DNA of 63,218 bases, counting the filler, from Asterionella formosa (lineage: Eukaryota), in assembly GCA_002256025.1 (NCBI GenBank). It is 10 parts of 10 records of this genome, joined end to end, with 100 filler letters (N's around TTAATTAATTAA, not from the genome) between each part and the next. Parts side by side here need not be neighbours in the genome. Positions count along the whole stretch, not along the records: positions 25,195 to 50,258 come from NKIB01002081.1; positions 50,359 to 51,879 come from NKIB01002084.1; positions 51,980 to 53,496 come from NKIB01002086.1; positions 53,597 to 55,116 come from NKIB01002087.1; positions 55,217 to 56,736 come from NKIB01002088.1; positions 56,837 to 58,356 come from NKIB01002089.1; positions 58,457 to 59,976 come from NKIB01002090.1; 3 more parts are not named here. One strand, given 5' to 3'. Position numbers and translations under genes: made by a program. The notes below the pieces were generated by a model. That model was given only the letters and a program-made list of their open reading frames with translations. It searched no databases and was not told the DNA's origin. Of the stretch, positions 48,340-60,076 are shown in pieces. Every line of letters starts with the position of its first letter. Within the stretch, counting starts at the first letter, position 1.

Positions 48340-50031
48340 TTAAAAGTCTACAAGCGCCATTAATGTTTCGTCAAGTTGCAAAATAGCGTTGTCCAGTCTC
48401 TCCAAGCCTTGACAAAATTTGTTGTAATTGGTCTTGTCGATCTCGTTCTCATTCACATCAGTAGAGCCAGCCTCTTTGGCACGCTCAATCCATTCTTTCC
48501 CAACGTCTACTTCGTGTTGTCTTCGAAGCCTCATGTTCGTCAATGCCAGGGCTACATTATCGCGAACAGTAGTAAGAATCCGGGAATTTGAAACACTCCA
48601 CAAATAAATGATACTTGCATAGTTGTGCTGTTTGCTAGAGGAGAGCGATAATAGGGAAATATAGTTCTGTCGGTATAGGCGATGAAGAAATTCACGGGTA
48701 TCTTTAGCTGGAACCATGGCAGCCTCAGCAATAGCATCCGACTCTAAATGTCCCTGAATACGCAGAATGGAACATAGTCTTGCCGCCACTTCGCCTTCAC
48801 TATCATAAATGACTTGATGAATGATGCGTTCCTGTAAATGCTCTACAAGCTGCCGAGTGGCGATCGAAAATTTTCCACCATTATTGCCTGCCGCTTCTTC
48901 GATCTCTTCCACTACACTGGGGTATGTTAGTTTTGACATTTCTACAAATGCTTTAGATAGATTGCCCAACAGCCCCCCAGGTTTCATCTCTAGGGCTTGT
49001 TGGACGGGCTTTGGAAGATATGGTACGGTATCTTGAGGTGAAAAGGACATTCTCTCTTCAAAATTATCCATTTTTGTTGCATGCTCTTTGTGAGCTGCCA
49101 ATTTCAGTGCAGCAGTTACCATGGACCCACACGAAGTTATCCTCTGTCCAAAGCGTTCCGCCACCAGCCTTCCCAGACAAAACGAACGAATTGAAGCAAT
49201 AAACATATTGATATTGACCCTCCAAACCGCGTTTCGGGGTAGCACTGTCTTGTATGGAGCATTCATCAAGAGCGCAACAACGGTCGGGTCTTCACCAAAG
49301 ACCTGCACTGCCGGTGGCGATGGTTCCTTTTTGACCACGGGTATCTCTACATTGTCGAAAACTAATTCTGTTTCTTCTTCCGGTTCGTCGATTTTCAACG
49401 AAGGAAGTTGTGTGATAAATCCTCCCTCGACCAATCGTCGAAATGCCTCAACAACTGCTTGCCGCTGAGTGTAACGAGCATCCAAATCATTCGACTTATT
49501 GACCGTGTTCACAACTGCATCGACGGTTCTCATCCGTCCACGGACTAGAAACTCCTCAATCAACGCCGCAGCCGTTTCATCCACAGCTTTCTTCGCATAC
49601 TCCACAAACCGAGGATAGCGGGGCAACAATCGTGCCCTCGAAAGAATCAACCTATACGTCGTGGCCTTGTCGTCAAGGTAACATTCAACTAGATCATGGT
49701 GAATCAGCACTAACAAAGCAGCTCGGATGGAAGGCGCTTCTACCACGTATCCATTTGACTCTGGTCCTCTTGCTCGATGTAGTTTGTATTTTCCCTGGAC
49801 GACCAATCGTTCCCGCTCTTCGTTCCACTCACGGCGGCACTTGGATCGAATACTGGCGATGAGTTGTTGCAGCGTCGACGAGGCACCTCGGGCTTGGAGG
49901 CAGTCGGCCACAGCCTGTACGACGGGACCAAAGGCTTCTCGAATACAGTTGGAGGCTAGAGTTACTGTAGGATCATGCGGGAGGCTAGACAGCGGCGACG
50001 ATGTTACGAAGCCCCCAAATGCATTTGCCAT
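48340..50031 (-). CDS. POLR3C: RNA polymerase III subunit RPC3 (RPC62/RPC82)
   Basis: IREAFGPVVQAVADCL, ALLVLIHHDLV, RYPRFV, AARL..L...G.LE, AMVPAKDTRE.L..L, IYLWSV, RLDNAILQLDETL. Confidence 0.9.
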   Translation of the reverse strand: MANAFGGFVTSSPLSSLPHDPTVTLASNCIREAFGPVVQAVADCLQARGASSTLQQLIASIRSKCRREWNEERERLVVQGKYKLHRARGPESNGYVVEAPSIRAALLVLIHHDLVECYLDDKATTYRLILSRARLLPRYPRFVEYAKKAVDETAAALIEEFLVRGRMRTVDAVVNTVNKSNDLDARYTQRQAVVEAFRRLVEGGFITQLPSLKIDEPEEETELVFDNVEIPVVKKEPSPPAVQVFGEDPTVVALLMNAPYKTVLPRNAVWRVNINMFIASIRSFCLGRLVAERFGQRITSCGSMVTAALKLAAHKEHATKMDNFEERMSFSPQDTVPYLPKPVQQALEMKPGGLLGNLSKAFVEMSKLTYPSVVEEIEEAAGNNGGKFSIATRQLVEHLQERIIHQVIYDSEGEVAARLCSILRIQGHLESDAIAEAAMVPAKDTREFLHRLYRQNYISLLSLSSSKQHNYASIIYLWSVSNSRILTTVRDNVALALTNMRLRRQHEVDVGKEWIERAKEAGSTDVNENEIDKTNYNKFCQGLERLDNAILQLDETLMALVDF

Positions 50032-50359
50032 GTTCTTGTTTTGTTATGGAATGGAATAGAACGGAATGGAAGCACGTTATTACGATGGTAGTTGTGAGCT
50101 TATACGGAGGGCTTGATTCTGTTACAGTACTATGAAAGGATTGCTTGTCACCGCAATACAGGACGATGGTCTTTTGGGTTCGACTTTGGGATCATGAGAG
50201 TTTATATGTTGATAAAAACAAGGTTCACCATTGTCAAAATCATGATACACATAAAATANNNNNNNNNNNNNNNNNNNNNNNNNNNNNNNNNNNNNNNNNN
50301 NNTTAATTAATTAANNNNNNNNNNNNNNNNNNNNNNNNNNNNNNNNNNNNNNNNNNNNA

Positions 50360-51753
50360 GGGTCGTTCTTATCATTTTTTTTCGTGTATCACGGAATTTG
50401 AATTTTTTTGAAAATGTATCAGCAACGGTAACTCGATTTGAACTGAATTTCATTCATTCCAAAAGTGTCACTGTATCACTAATTTGTGATCACATTGTAT
50501 CATGGAGTAAAATGAATCTTCAACGGCAACAGGCTGGCGAAGATCATGTGTATATCCCTCCAGAATATAATGATGGTCTTGATATCAAGCAACAACAAAA
50601 TATAATTACCGGGAAACTAAATATAATATTAAAAACACACATTTGCATGAATCATGTCGTCGCCATTTGATTTACTTGATGATAATGACGATGACAGTAG
50701 TGATCTTGATTTCTTCTTCCTCTGTCATTTAACTAAGGAAGCAGAGGAAAAAGAACACTCATCCAAACGACAAAGGCGACGCTGTAAACGGCAGCTTCAG
50801 TCATCTGAACGACGACGACAACGAAGGCACAAGTGGCACCACGAAAGAATCTCCTGGCAATCACATGTCGAGAAACTCAATCACGAGATTGCTTTCGAGA
50901 AGACATACAGAATGTCACACAGAGCATTCAAAAAACTCACCTCCATGCTGGAAATTCAGATTGCAGGGAATTATTCCAAATGTGGCACTTCTGAGCCCAT
51001 AATTCCCGAAATTGTGGTAGCCATGGGTTTGCGATGGCTGGCTGGTGGCAGTTACATCGACATTCGTCATGCCTACGGTTGTAGCATTGCTTCACTTTAT
51101 CGATGTCGTGATTTGTTCATTGATGCTGTACTAAACTGTGAAGAACTCGAAATTATTTTTCCAAAAGAAAAAGAAGAATTTATCAAATTGGCTTCCAGCT
51201 TTGAATGCAAAAGCTCAGAGGGCGTGATGAGAGGATGTGTTGGTGCTATTGACGGCTTCCTTGCCACCATCAACCGCCCGACTATAGTTGAAAGTGGCAA
51301 CAACCCTGGTTCATTTTTTTCCGGTCACTACTACTTTGCTGCTCATTGCGCCAATTAATCGAGATATAGTCGATGTCGGAAGATTGGTATAGAGATGAGC
51401 GGACTACTGATTCTTGTATGACTCACGAAGCTGAAAGGTAATGTATACAGAGTACCGTAGTATATATATAACAAAAAATAGTTGGCGCAATATTTAATAG
51501 TGTTGTGCTTGCGTATTTACAGTTATTTTATCAGTGGCAACGGACGTGATACACAGTGATCAACGGCTTGATCAGTGATACAGCATTGGTCAGGGGTCCA
51601 AAAACTGTATCAGTGATACACCCATGATACACCGGTGATCAGACCAAAAAAACCGTTGGTGATACACAAAAAAAAACCAAACCGCCATTTTTGTATCATA
51701 TTTCGGCGATGATACACCAATGACAACAAATAACAGAATGATAAGAACGGCCC
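50360..51753 (+). mobile_element. Non-autonomous PIF/Harbinger element (1394 bp) with both TIRs
   Basis: 17-bp TIR GGGTCGTTCTTATCATT / AATGATAAGAACGGCCC (one mismatch), followed by TTA; subterminal TGTATCA (left) and TGATACA (right) motifs. Confidence 0.9.
50654..51358 (+). pseudogene. Truncated Harbinger (DDE_Tnp_4-type) transposase
   Basis: YRMSHRAFKKL, LRWLAGGSYIDI, GCVGAIDG, FFSGHY, then similarity ends before the second D and the E. Confidence 0.88.
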
Positions 51754-51979
51754 TTATACTCAGCACCGGTCCTCCGAGTATCATTCAAGGAGGAGACTAT
51801 GATCGACTAATATTTTCGAAGCGTTATTTACTTTCAATTTATTGTCGATCACTTTTATTGAGCATGTAAATAATATATCNNNNNNNNNNNNNNNNNNNNN
51901 NNNNNNNNNNNNNNNNNNNNNNNTTAATTAATTAANNNNNNNNNNNNNNNNNNNNNNNNNNNNNNNNNNNNNNNNNNNN

Positions 51980-53496
51980 TGGTCGTGCTTTCATGTCATT
52001 GACTTGGAATTTGATGTGTAGGGGAGTAAATACCTGTGTGTGCTTGAAGCATCTTATGTGGAGGGCTGATGCATTTGGAATTTCATTTTCACATGTTAAG
52101 AATGACCCTGCAGGATCAAGGAACTGGCATTCCCGCCATATTTACACAAACACTGACAATTATCATGTGTGCTGTGTGACTGCTGTTACAGAGTACCTGT
52201 TGTGCTTCCCACAGCTCTTCCAGGATGGGAATGGTATGCTATTCCCAGGTCCCAAGCAAGAGGAACGATTTGGGGCTATCCTACTTCGTGTGCTAGAAAA
52301 GCACAAGGACGAGCTACTTGAACTTGGCTATGAACCTAATGACATAGGTGACATTCCATTCGGAAAGTTGCAGGCACATATGCTTCTAGTGGTACAAATG
52401 CAGCTCCTTCAAGTGTTTCAGTCAATAACCGGGGTGGGTGGACTTTGGGAGGTGTACGTGATGTTTATATGCTGTATGAGCGTGCTGGTGACCAGTATGT
52501 AGGTCGAATTTTGAGTGGTACTATGAATGTACTATCTGCTAAGTTTGGCGCTTCTGCACCGGATTTTTTTAATCATGCATGGTACTGTTGGTGTTCCCGA
52601 GGCAGTGGCTATTGTGAAAAAAAAACAGATGGATTTGAATCAAAAGGTTTCTACCATGTTGAAAGCATGTTTTGGAGAACTACAGGATTTAGTGTGCATC
52701 AGAAAGACACTACGGTTTGGAATAGCATCAATGCTTCACCATTTTGATGCTGCAAATGAATTCCACACCAATTCACCACTTGCAATGTCGCCTATTTTCA
52801 GGAAACAAGAATTTATTGAATTGCGGGATTCTGTCAGAGTAGTGTATCCTTGGGAAAATGATAGCATTGCACAGAAGTGTGTTATGAAGCTGACTGGAGT
52901 TCCGCCTCATGTTGTCCAGCTTGCTGCAATTGAGCAGATCAAGACCATTGTTTCAGAATACAGCCAGGAGTGTTAGTAGGTGTCGAAAAAATGTTGGATA
53001 ACCGCACCATTGGTGGGACATTATCAGAGACTAGAATGAAGTCCATTTTGGAAGAAAGTCGAAAAAAATTTGTTGAGGAGCTAGATCAAAGGATGCCAAC
53101 AACAGCAAACAATATACCATGGTCAGCTACTGGCAATGGTACAGATCATTCTGAATTGATGGGTGAACACAAAATTTGGATTCACAAGGGAAAGTTTAGA
53201 CGGGTTCCTCCCAACTGGAAATTCCCAAAATGCGGCCTCCTTGTTGCATACAAACTATGGCACACAAAGGATACAGTGTCGGGGCAGTGTGCCATGAAGT
53301 TTTGGAAGCCCATGGATGTTGATTTTTTGACAGATGGGAGGCGAAGGCTAGAGGAATTCACGCTTCTCATGAGGAGGTTAGATTTGGCTGCACATGAAAA
53401 AGGGTTGCTACATCAGGAGATGTCAGATTTGCATTGTAGGAAAGCATTTGATATTGTGGCTAGTTCATTGGGAGTTCCTACATTTACTCCAAAGGG
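51980..53496 (+). mobile_element. CryptonS-like tyrosine-recombinase transposon, frameshifted, partial
   Basis: WNLMCR (first R), KND (K), HSIRKV after a frameshift near 52370, RGGWTLGGVRDVY (W and catalytic Y), AGDQYVGR, C-terminal FRRVPPNWKFP. Confidence 0.85.
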
Positions 53497-53596
53497 NNNN
53501 NNNNNNNNNNNNNNNNNNNNNNNNNNNNNNNNNNNNNNNNTTAATTAATTAANNNNNNNNNNNNNNNNNNNNNNNNNNNNNNNNNNNNNNNNNNNN

Positions 53597-55116
53597 TGTT
53601 GCCCGAAAGGTTGCCGCCGTTGACCAGGTTTGAAGTAGCGTGGCCTTCATTTAGAATTATATTTGGGCAGCTGTTCGAGTTAAGGGCATCATATGCAATG
53701 TGAAATGCTTCGAGTTCGGAATCAGCAGAAGGCGTATCTGATTCTAACAAGGCAGTTACGGCGTAAGATGCATCACTTGCCGACATGAGGGACTTGTATC
53801 CTGTGACGCGGACAAAGCTGGTGAATTCGAGCTTGTCGAGGCCATAGTCCTGAGGTTAGAGTTACATTGTGTCAGACCTTTGTCACGTAGCATGCTTCGC
53901 AAACAAGAAAATAAAGCCTACCAATGCATAATCAGACATCTTCTCCTTGATTTGCCTTCGAAACTTTGGTTTCATGAAAGCATATGGCTGACGACATTCG
54001 TCCAGTGGAAAACCCATCTTTGCCAAGAGCTCCTGTAATCGCTGCATGCCTTGTGATGTCCATAGTTGAAGCCGAGTCGAAACATAGGGCGAATAAATCA
54101 TGCTGTCCAGCAAAGAAGTGTGCCGCAATAAAAAGAATCGATAGTCTTGATCTGTCAAAATGCGTCCCGTTTCGCTCAACGACACATGAGTTCCCTTCTG
54201 ACCAGGGGCCACTGAGGTGCCCGCTAATTCTTCTGCCACGATATGATCTCTACTAAAGCTATCATCTCGGAAGAGCTTTCTGCATGACTGTTTCAACTCC
54301 ATTGAAAGGGCTGTATACCCTGTTAAGTCAATACGGGCGTGCATGTATGCATCCGTGAGACCGACACATGCCAACCACAACAAGTCTCCCTTGTTCCCAA
54401 ACCGGAGTTGGGAAGCAAGTCGAAATGCGATCCAGGCGACGGGAGATCCGTAGAAGGAACCTCCGGAATAGTAGATACGAAGCCGGTCCAGACGTTGCTG
54501 GTGCAATACGCGTGGAGACAAGTCAGTACGATCGTCCTTTTCGGGACTATTGTCCGCTTCCTTGGTGGTGACTCTTTCATCATCGTCTAGCTTACGTTTC
54601 TTGGCATCGGGAGACTTTGGTTCGTCAGTATCATCATCTTCGACTTCTCCGTCATAATCTCGATCACTGTCATCGCTGCTAGATGCCTTCTCTTGATCCC
54701 TGCCATTTCCCTTTTTCATAAACTCTTCGTCTTTAAACTCTTCGTCGCCTCCGCTACTGTCATCATCTTTATCATCTTCCCTGCCTTCGTCACTTTCGTC
54801 ATCGTCACTGTCTTCTCTCTCCTCTTCGGAACTAGTGTCATCTTTTCCAGACAAGTTATCTCCATCAGATGGTACATCGTCGGGCTGAATCGAATCCCAA
54901 AAAATGACAATGTTCTGGCCTGCATGCACATTTGCGAGATGGACGGGTCGTCGACAATCCATGACATAAACTTTCGAGCATTCCTTTAGCAGTCTTGGTC
55001 TAAAAAGCTTGGTCAAGTTACGAGATGCACCAAGATTCAACAACAAGATTGCCTTGCAATCATCTGCCTCCTCGAGCATTCTCTCCAAACTGCTGTAGGT
55101 CCAACAAGGGCGAAGT
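53597..55116 (-). CDS. CDC45: Replication initiation factor CDC45, internal fragment; intron 53850-53921
   Basis: VYVMDCRRPVHLAN, acidic insert, LLWLACVGLTD, LLRHTSLLDSM..S.Y, LLAKMGFPL..C.Q.Y, SASDASYAVTALLE. Confidence 0.95.
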
Positions 55117-56469
55117 NNNNNNNNNNNNNNNNNNNNNNNNNNNNNNNNNNNNNNNNNNNNTTAATTAATTAANNNNNNNNNNNNNNNNNNNNNNNNNNNN
55201 NNNNNNNNNNNNNNNNTCACTGTGAGCGGCGTACTGTCCTCTCCAAGGACAAGCCAGTTGTCGTCGCTACTGCTCCACATCAGACCGTTGCATGTTTGCA
55301 CTCCGCAAATCTTTACCTAAAGACATTTGCCAGTCCAGACTACCGTGTCACATTGTGGGATCCATCTCCTACCACGACGATGCATAGCACCAATATCTTG
55401 AGTGAGAGAACGACTCTTTGATCTACGGCTGCCGAAGCAAAGGGCGGTGTATCATCGGCCCTAAATCTGACGGTGATCTGCCGCATACAGATGCCTTGAC
55501 ACCGAAGAGGATTGCCCATGCCAATCATTGGCTAGATTAATGAAGACGCTGCATTCGCAAGAAGTAGCATTTGGAATGGTAAGTGTAGCCATTGCACCTG
55601 TGGCAACGAATTGTGTTCTCGGGCGACAATTTCACATTGGCCCACGAGTTTTGACGGAACAAGAACAAGGTGAACAGGTCACATCGATGGTGTGACAGCG
55701 AATGAAAAATTGTTACGCGTTCATGTGTGTTTATGTTTCCCTTCGATTGTTATTGTTTCGGCTGTGCTTTGTGATAACTAAATAACATGAAAGAGGGTCC
55801 CGGTAATTTATTAACATACTATGAACATGATTTCTTGCTAGAATAAGTTAGAATATTTTACTTCCCCATTGATTTCATCTGATTATTCACTTTATCATTA
55901 TCGTTGTGCTTGAGCCATTTGCCTTGCTGTGTATGTCAGCAAACGAAATCGTCATCGCAATCTTCGCCATCGCAATCAAAGATTGTGTTGTGTCCATTGT
56001 TGTTGAACGATCGTTAATCCGTGGAAGCAATAAAAAAGAATTTAAAAAAGTAGAATGACCAAAAGAAGAACTACAATGGTATATATACAGTACCAGTATC
56101 ACGTAACAAAAGAAATTTTAACATGAGCAATCCTAAGTAGGGGGGGAAGTTTTGCTCGCTTCCCGTATCTTCACTTGCTAGCAGGAGCTTTTGCTTCTTG
56201 TACCGCTCAAAGGAGTACACCGTTTCTACTGACGGTCCCTATTCTACCTGGTTGTCATCATGCCGGATTGTCATCAGGTGGTGGGGGACATTATATGTCC
56301 CTATCTCCCGTGCTTGGTGCAGAGAAGGAAATCGTGCCTTTGCAGCCCTAATCCCTACCTATGAGTCCTGATACAGTTCGGGGCATTCGACAGTATCGAA
56401 CCCCCGACCTCACCCCTACTGGGTGGGCCTGCCAATCTTAGAGGATCATTCATTATATATAAACCCTGG

Positions 56470-56531
56470 AAAGTTTAAGTTTCAGTTTCAGTTTCAGTTT
56501 CAGTTTCCATTTCCATTTCCGTTTCAGTTTG
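56470..56531. repeat. (TTTCAG/TTTCCA)n hexamer microsatellite
   Basis: About nine consecutive hexamers. Confidence 0.85.
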
Positions 56532-56836
56532 AAATTGAAAGAATTGTGAGGCACCGGTTTTCGAGTGTTTCTTCATGTACGAAAATGACAGCTCGATTAT
56601 TTTAGCCATGAATTCATGGGAATTCACATGCATTGTCTTCAATCCTCACGCTTGTACACGCGGGACAAAAGTATAGAGCAGTACGGTAATTTGTACTAGA
56701 CTAGTAGAAATTGCCTAATAAGAGTAGACAAAGCTANNNNNNNNNNNNNNNNNNNNNNNNNNNNNNNNNNNNNNNNNNNNTTAATTAATTAANNNNNNNN
56801 NNNNNNNNNNNNNNNNNNNNNNNNNNNNNNNNNNNN

Positions 56837-58180
56837 GAATAAAACTTACCGGTACATTTTTGTCATCTTAACTTTGAGAGAAGGTAAAAACGTTTTGTCA
56901 GCTTTGTTCCAACAGAAGTGAATAGGTCCAACGAGCGACAAGAGCACTTACGCAATTTGGTTTGGTTTTGTTTTACATTGGTGCTCCCCAACAAGCGAAA
57001 CGAGCTGTTTAATCAACTGAGAAAAAAGGAAATGTGGCTGCGTTTAGTTAACAATTTGTTGTTGTGCTGCCTGTCTCCCAACGATTGTCATCCAAGTAGC
57101 TACCACATTGATGGCTTCATTATATTACCTTAAACATTCTCCATCCTTCGAAGGCGCAATGTGTCGAAGTCACAATGTTTTTCGTTATGTATTGCAAAAA
57201 ATTTCTTTTCTTGTCATGTGCTTTACTACGACGTATCTTTTCATGAAGTAGCAGGAATTGTTTGTTAACATGACAGAACGATTTGAAAAATATATAGGCC
57301 ATGAATATAGTAATAAAATTTGTAAATATATATATATATCTATAGCGTTGGACATTTATAAAATTCAAAGGCGCTCTCGATATGGAACATCTGATATGGT
57401 TGAGATGGCCATACTCGCATATAAATAATTCGAAAATACTCAATGCACTATATGTCCATTGTTTTCCACGACTACGTGTACCGGAACTGTTTCTGAAATT
57501 TGTTTGCATCGATATTTTCTACGTCCGTTGAAACTAATTATTTAGACCGTTAAATAACCTCCAGGGTTTTGGTAGCAAATTGTTTAAGCCCCTTTTTTGG
57601 TCGGGAGCTCTTCATGTGTACCGGTACATCATATGACAATAACAATATATCATACCGGTATATATATACAGAGTACCAGTAGCAGGTAGTAAGTGATATA
57701 CTGGGGGTAGTCGGAGTAGTAAACTAGCAACAGAACACCATATGTTCAGGACTGTTGCTACTGCAGTGGGACAGTAAATTATCATAATTTTAGGATCGTA
57801 TGATCATAAAACTAAAAACAAATAGAACACCATATGTTCATGACTGTTGCAATTACAGTGGGACAGTAAATCATCATAGTTTTAGGATCAAATGATCGTA
57901 AAACTCAAAACAAATAGAACACCATATGTTCATGACTGTTGCAATTACAGTGGGACAGTAAATCATCATAGTTTTAGGATTGTATGATCGTGAAACTGAA
58001 AAGCGGTACCGGTAGTCGGAGTAATAAGCAAGCAATAGAACACCATAGTAAATCATCATAGTTTTAGGATTGTATAAATAGAACACCATATACATATGTC
58101 TATGACTGCTGCTACTACAGCGGGACAGTACCGGTAAATGAATTTAAGATCATCGAACTTTAAGGAAGACAACGACAACA
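56837..58180. mobile_element. Second, inverted copy of the 5288-6654 element
   Basis: Reverse complement is colinear with 5288-6646 including the ~92-bp repeats; ends CGACAACA at 58180. Confidence 0.92.
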
Positions 58181-58356
58181 GCTGGTCGTGTTGCTGGTCC
58201 ACTTTTAATGGCCGAAGAAGGAAGCGACAAAAAGATCACCATTACGAGCGGAACGAGAGAAATCGCTTATGACGCCAAGTCAAGACGATTCTTTGAGAAT
58301 AACTTGCAGGAAGAAGAATGCATTCCTGACGAGGAATACTGTGTCGTCGATCCGGA
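58181..58356 (+). CDS. Fragment of a plastid-targeted protein, probably PGRL1-like (end of transit peptide plus mature N-terminus)
   Basis: In-frame AGRVAGPLL-MAEEGSDKKITITSGTREIAYDAKSRRFFENNLQEEECIPDEEYCVVDP resembles, from recall, the diatom PGRL1 N-terminus. Confidence 0.55.
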
Positions 58357-58456
58357 NNNNNNNNNNNNNNNNNNNNNNNNNNNNNNNNNNNNNNNNNNNN
58401 TTAATTAATTAANNNNNNNNNNNNNNNNNNNNNNNNNNNNNNNNNNNNNNNNNNNN

Positions 58457-59976
58457 GTAGATTCGTTGCGAAGACAGTTTCCTTTGAGCCGTTACTGAGT
58501 GCGACATATTCACACTCGGTGCTTGATTGCGTTACGATATCCTGTCCTTTTGATATCCAGTGAATTAGGGCGCACCCTCCGATTGTGCCTAAATAACCGC
58601 TGACACTTTTTCGTGTATCAGGATTAGAGGCAAAGGCGCTATCCACGACATCTTGTATACGTAGCTCGTTGGGCGCACGTAGTTTCATTCTGCATGCAAT
58701 GTCCCCATGTAGACACAAATACCCGAGTAGGCGTTCCAATGCTTGCCAGTGCGTTTCGCCTGGGTTGTCGAGGTGCTGTGACAATTCACGACATGCGTTG
58801 GCGCATACTGGCGATATTTTCTTCACGAAGTACAGTATCTTTCCAACGAGGGAGCGATATTCCTTATTCTTGATCGTCTCTCCTCGGTTCTTACTTAGGA
58901 CCGTTCCCGGGAATCCCGGCGTTGAGGCTTTCTTTGGTTCCTTTCCAAATATATTCGTGTAGTCATTAATCACATCTTTGACAAAGTCCTCCATTTCGGA
59001 CTGTAGATAGCGTCCGTTCTCGTCTTCGCCCCATTCGTACCATACTCCTAGATGCTTGCGTAGCTGGCCAAGCTCTTTAACGTTGAAGTATTGTTTCAGT
59101 GCCAACTTGAACTTGTTGACGTCGGCTTGGGTGCCGGTTACTGCGAGGTCATCCACGTAGGTGCATAGTAGTAAGGTAAGGATGCCTTCTCGTTTTTCGT
59201 AGAACACGCAGGGGTCGACACGGCTTTGCTTGAGTCCCATATCAAGTAGGCAGTCTCGGAGTTTCTTGAACCATTGCCGTGCAGCTTGTACCGTGCCGTA
59301 CATTGCCTTGTCCAGTCGGATGCAGTTGTCAGTCATAGTCGTTTCATTTTCGTAGTGGAAGTCAGCGATTCCATCTGGCCATTCTATGTAGATTTCTTCG
59401 TCGAGGTCGGCTTCGAGGAATGCCGCTTCGATGTCCACAATTTCACAAACAAAATCTTTTCTGTGTAGGGTGAGCGCAAACAAAATACGTAGGCCTGTAT
59501 CCGTAACAACAGGTGCGAATGAGTCTGTGAAGTCGACACCTGGTATCTGCACGTAGCCTTTTACCACGATGCGGCCCTTGTAGCGCGTAGTGTTGTCGTG
59601 CTCATTCTTCTTTTTAAATACCCATTTTGCTCCAAGTGGCTTTCGTCCATTTAGATTCTTACGAGGATGTAGCTTCCACACTTTGCGGGAGTAGAAGTTT
59701 TCAATTTCAGCTTTGATTGCCTTGGTCCATTCGTCTTTTTCGTTACTTAGTAGTGCCTGCTTGTAGCTCTTGGGTTCCAGTGGGTCGGAAGCTAGGCTCG
59801 TTGAATGTGCTTCCTCGTTAGGTTCGTGCTCTTGGAGGTTTTCATTCGTGTCGTCATCCAAATTAAGCGTGCGTGCTGCGGATGATTGCTGACGTGTACC
59901 TGCACGAGTAGGTGTAGGCGAGGTCACAAGGCCTGTTGATAGCCTATTCATTTCTCGATCTAGCTTTGTAGATTTC
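58457..59976 (-). mobile_element. Copia RT/RNase H segment, open throughout
   Basis: EPKSYKQA, KWVFKKK, DIEAAFL, KAMYG, YVDD, VDSAFA, SSTECEY. Confidence 0.95.
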
Positions 59977-60076
59977 NNNNNNNNNNNNNNNNNNNNNNNN
60001 NNNNNNNNNNNNNNNNNNNNTTAATTAATTAANNNNNNNNNNNNNNNNNNNNNNNNNNNNNNNNNNNNNNNNNNNN

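Noticed and set aside
50654..55116. Apparent cluster of transposase, recombinase and CDC45
   Set aside because: The three lie on separate contigs joined by linkers
56330..56445. tRNA/SINE-like or ribozyme-like stretch on the minus strand (GGTCGGGGGTTCGATAC)
   Set aside because: Incomplete B box, no A box or pairing stems, and no hammerhead or HDV core identified
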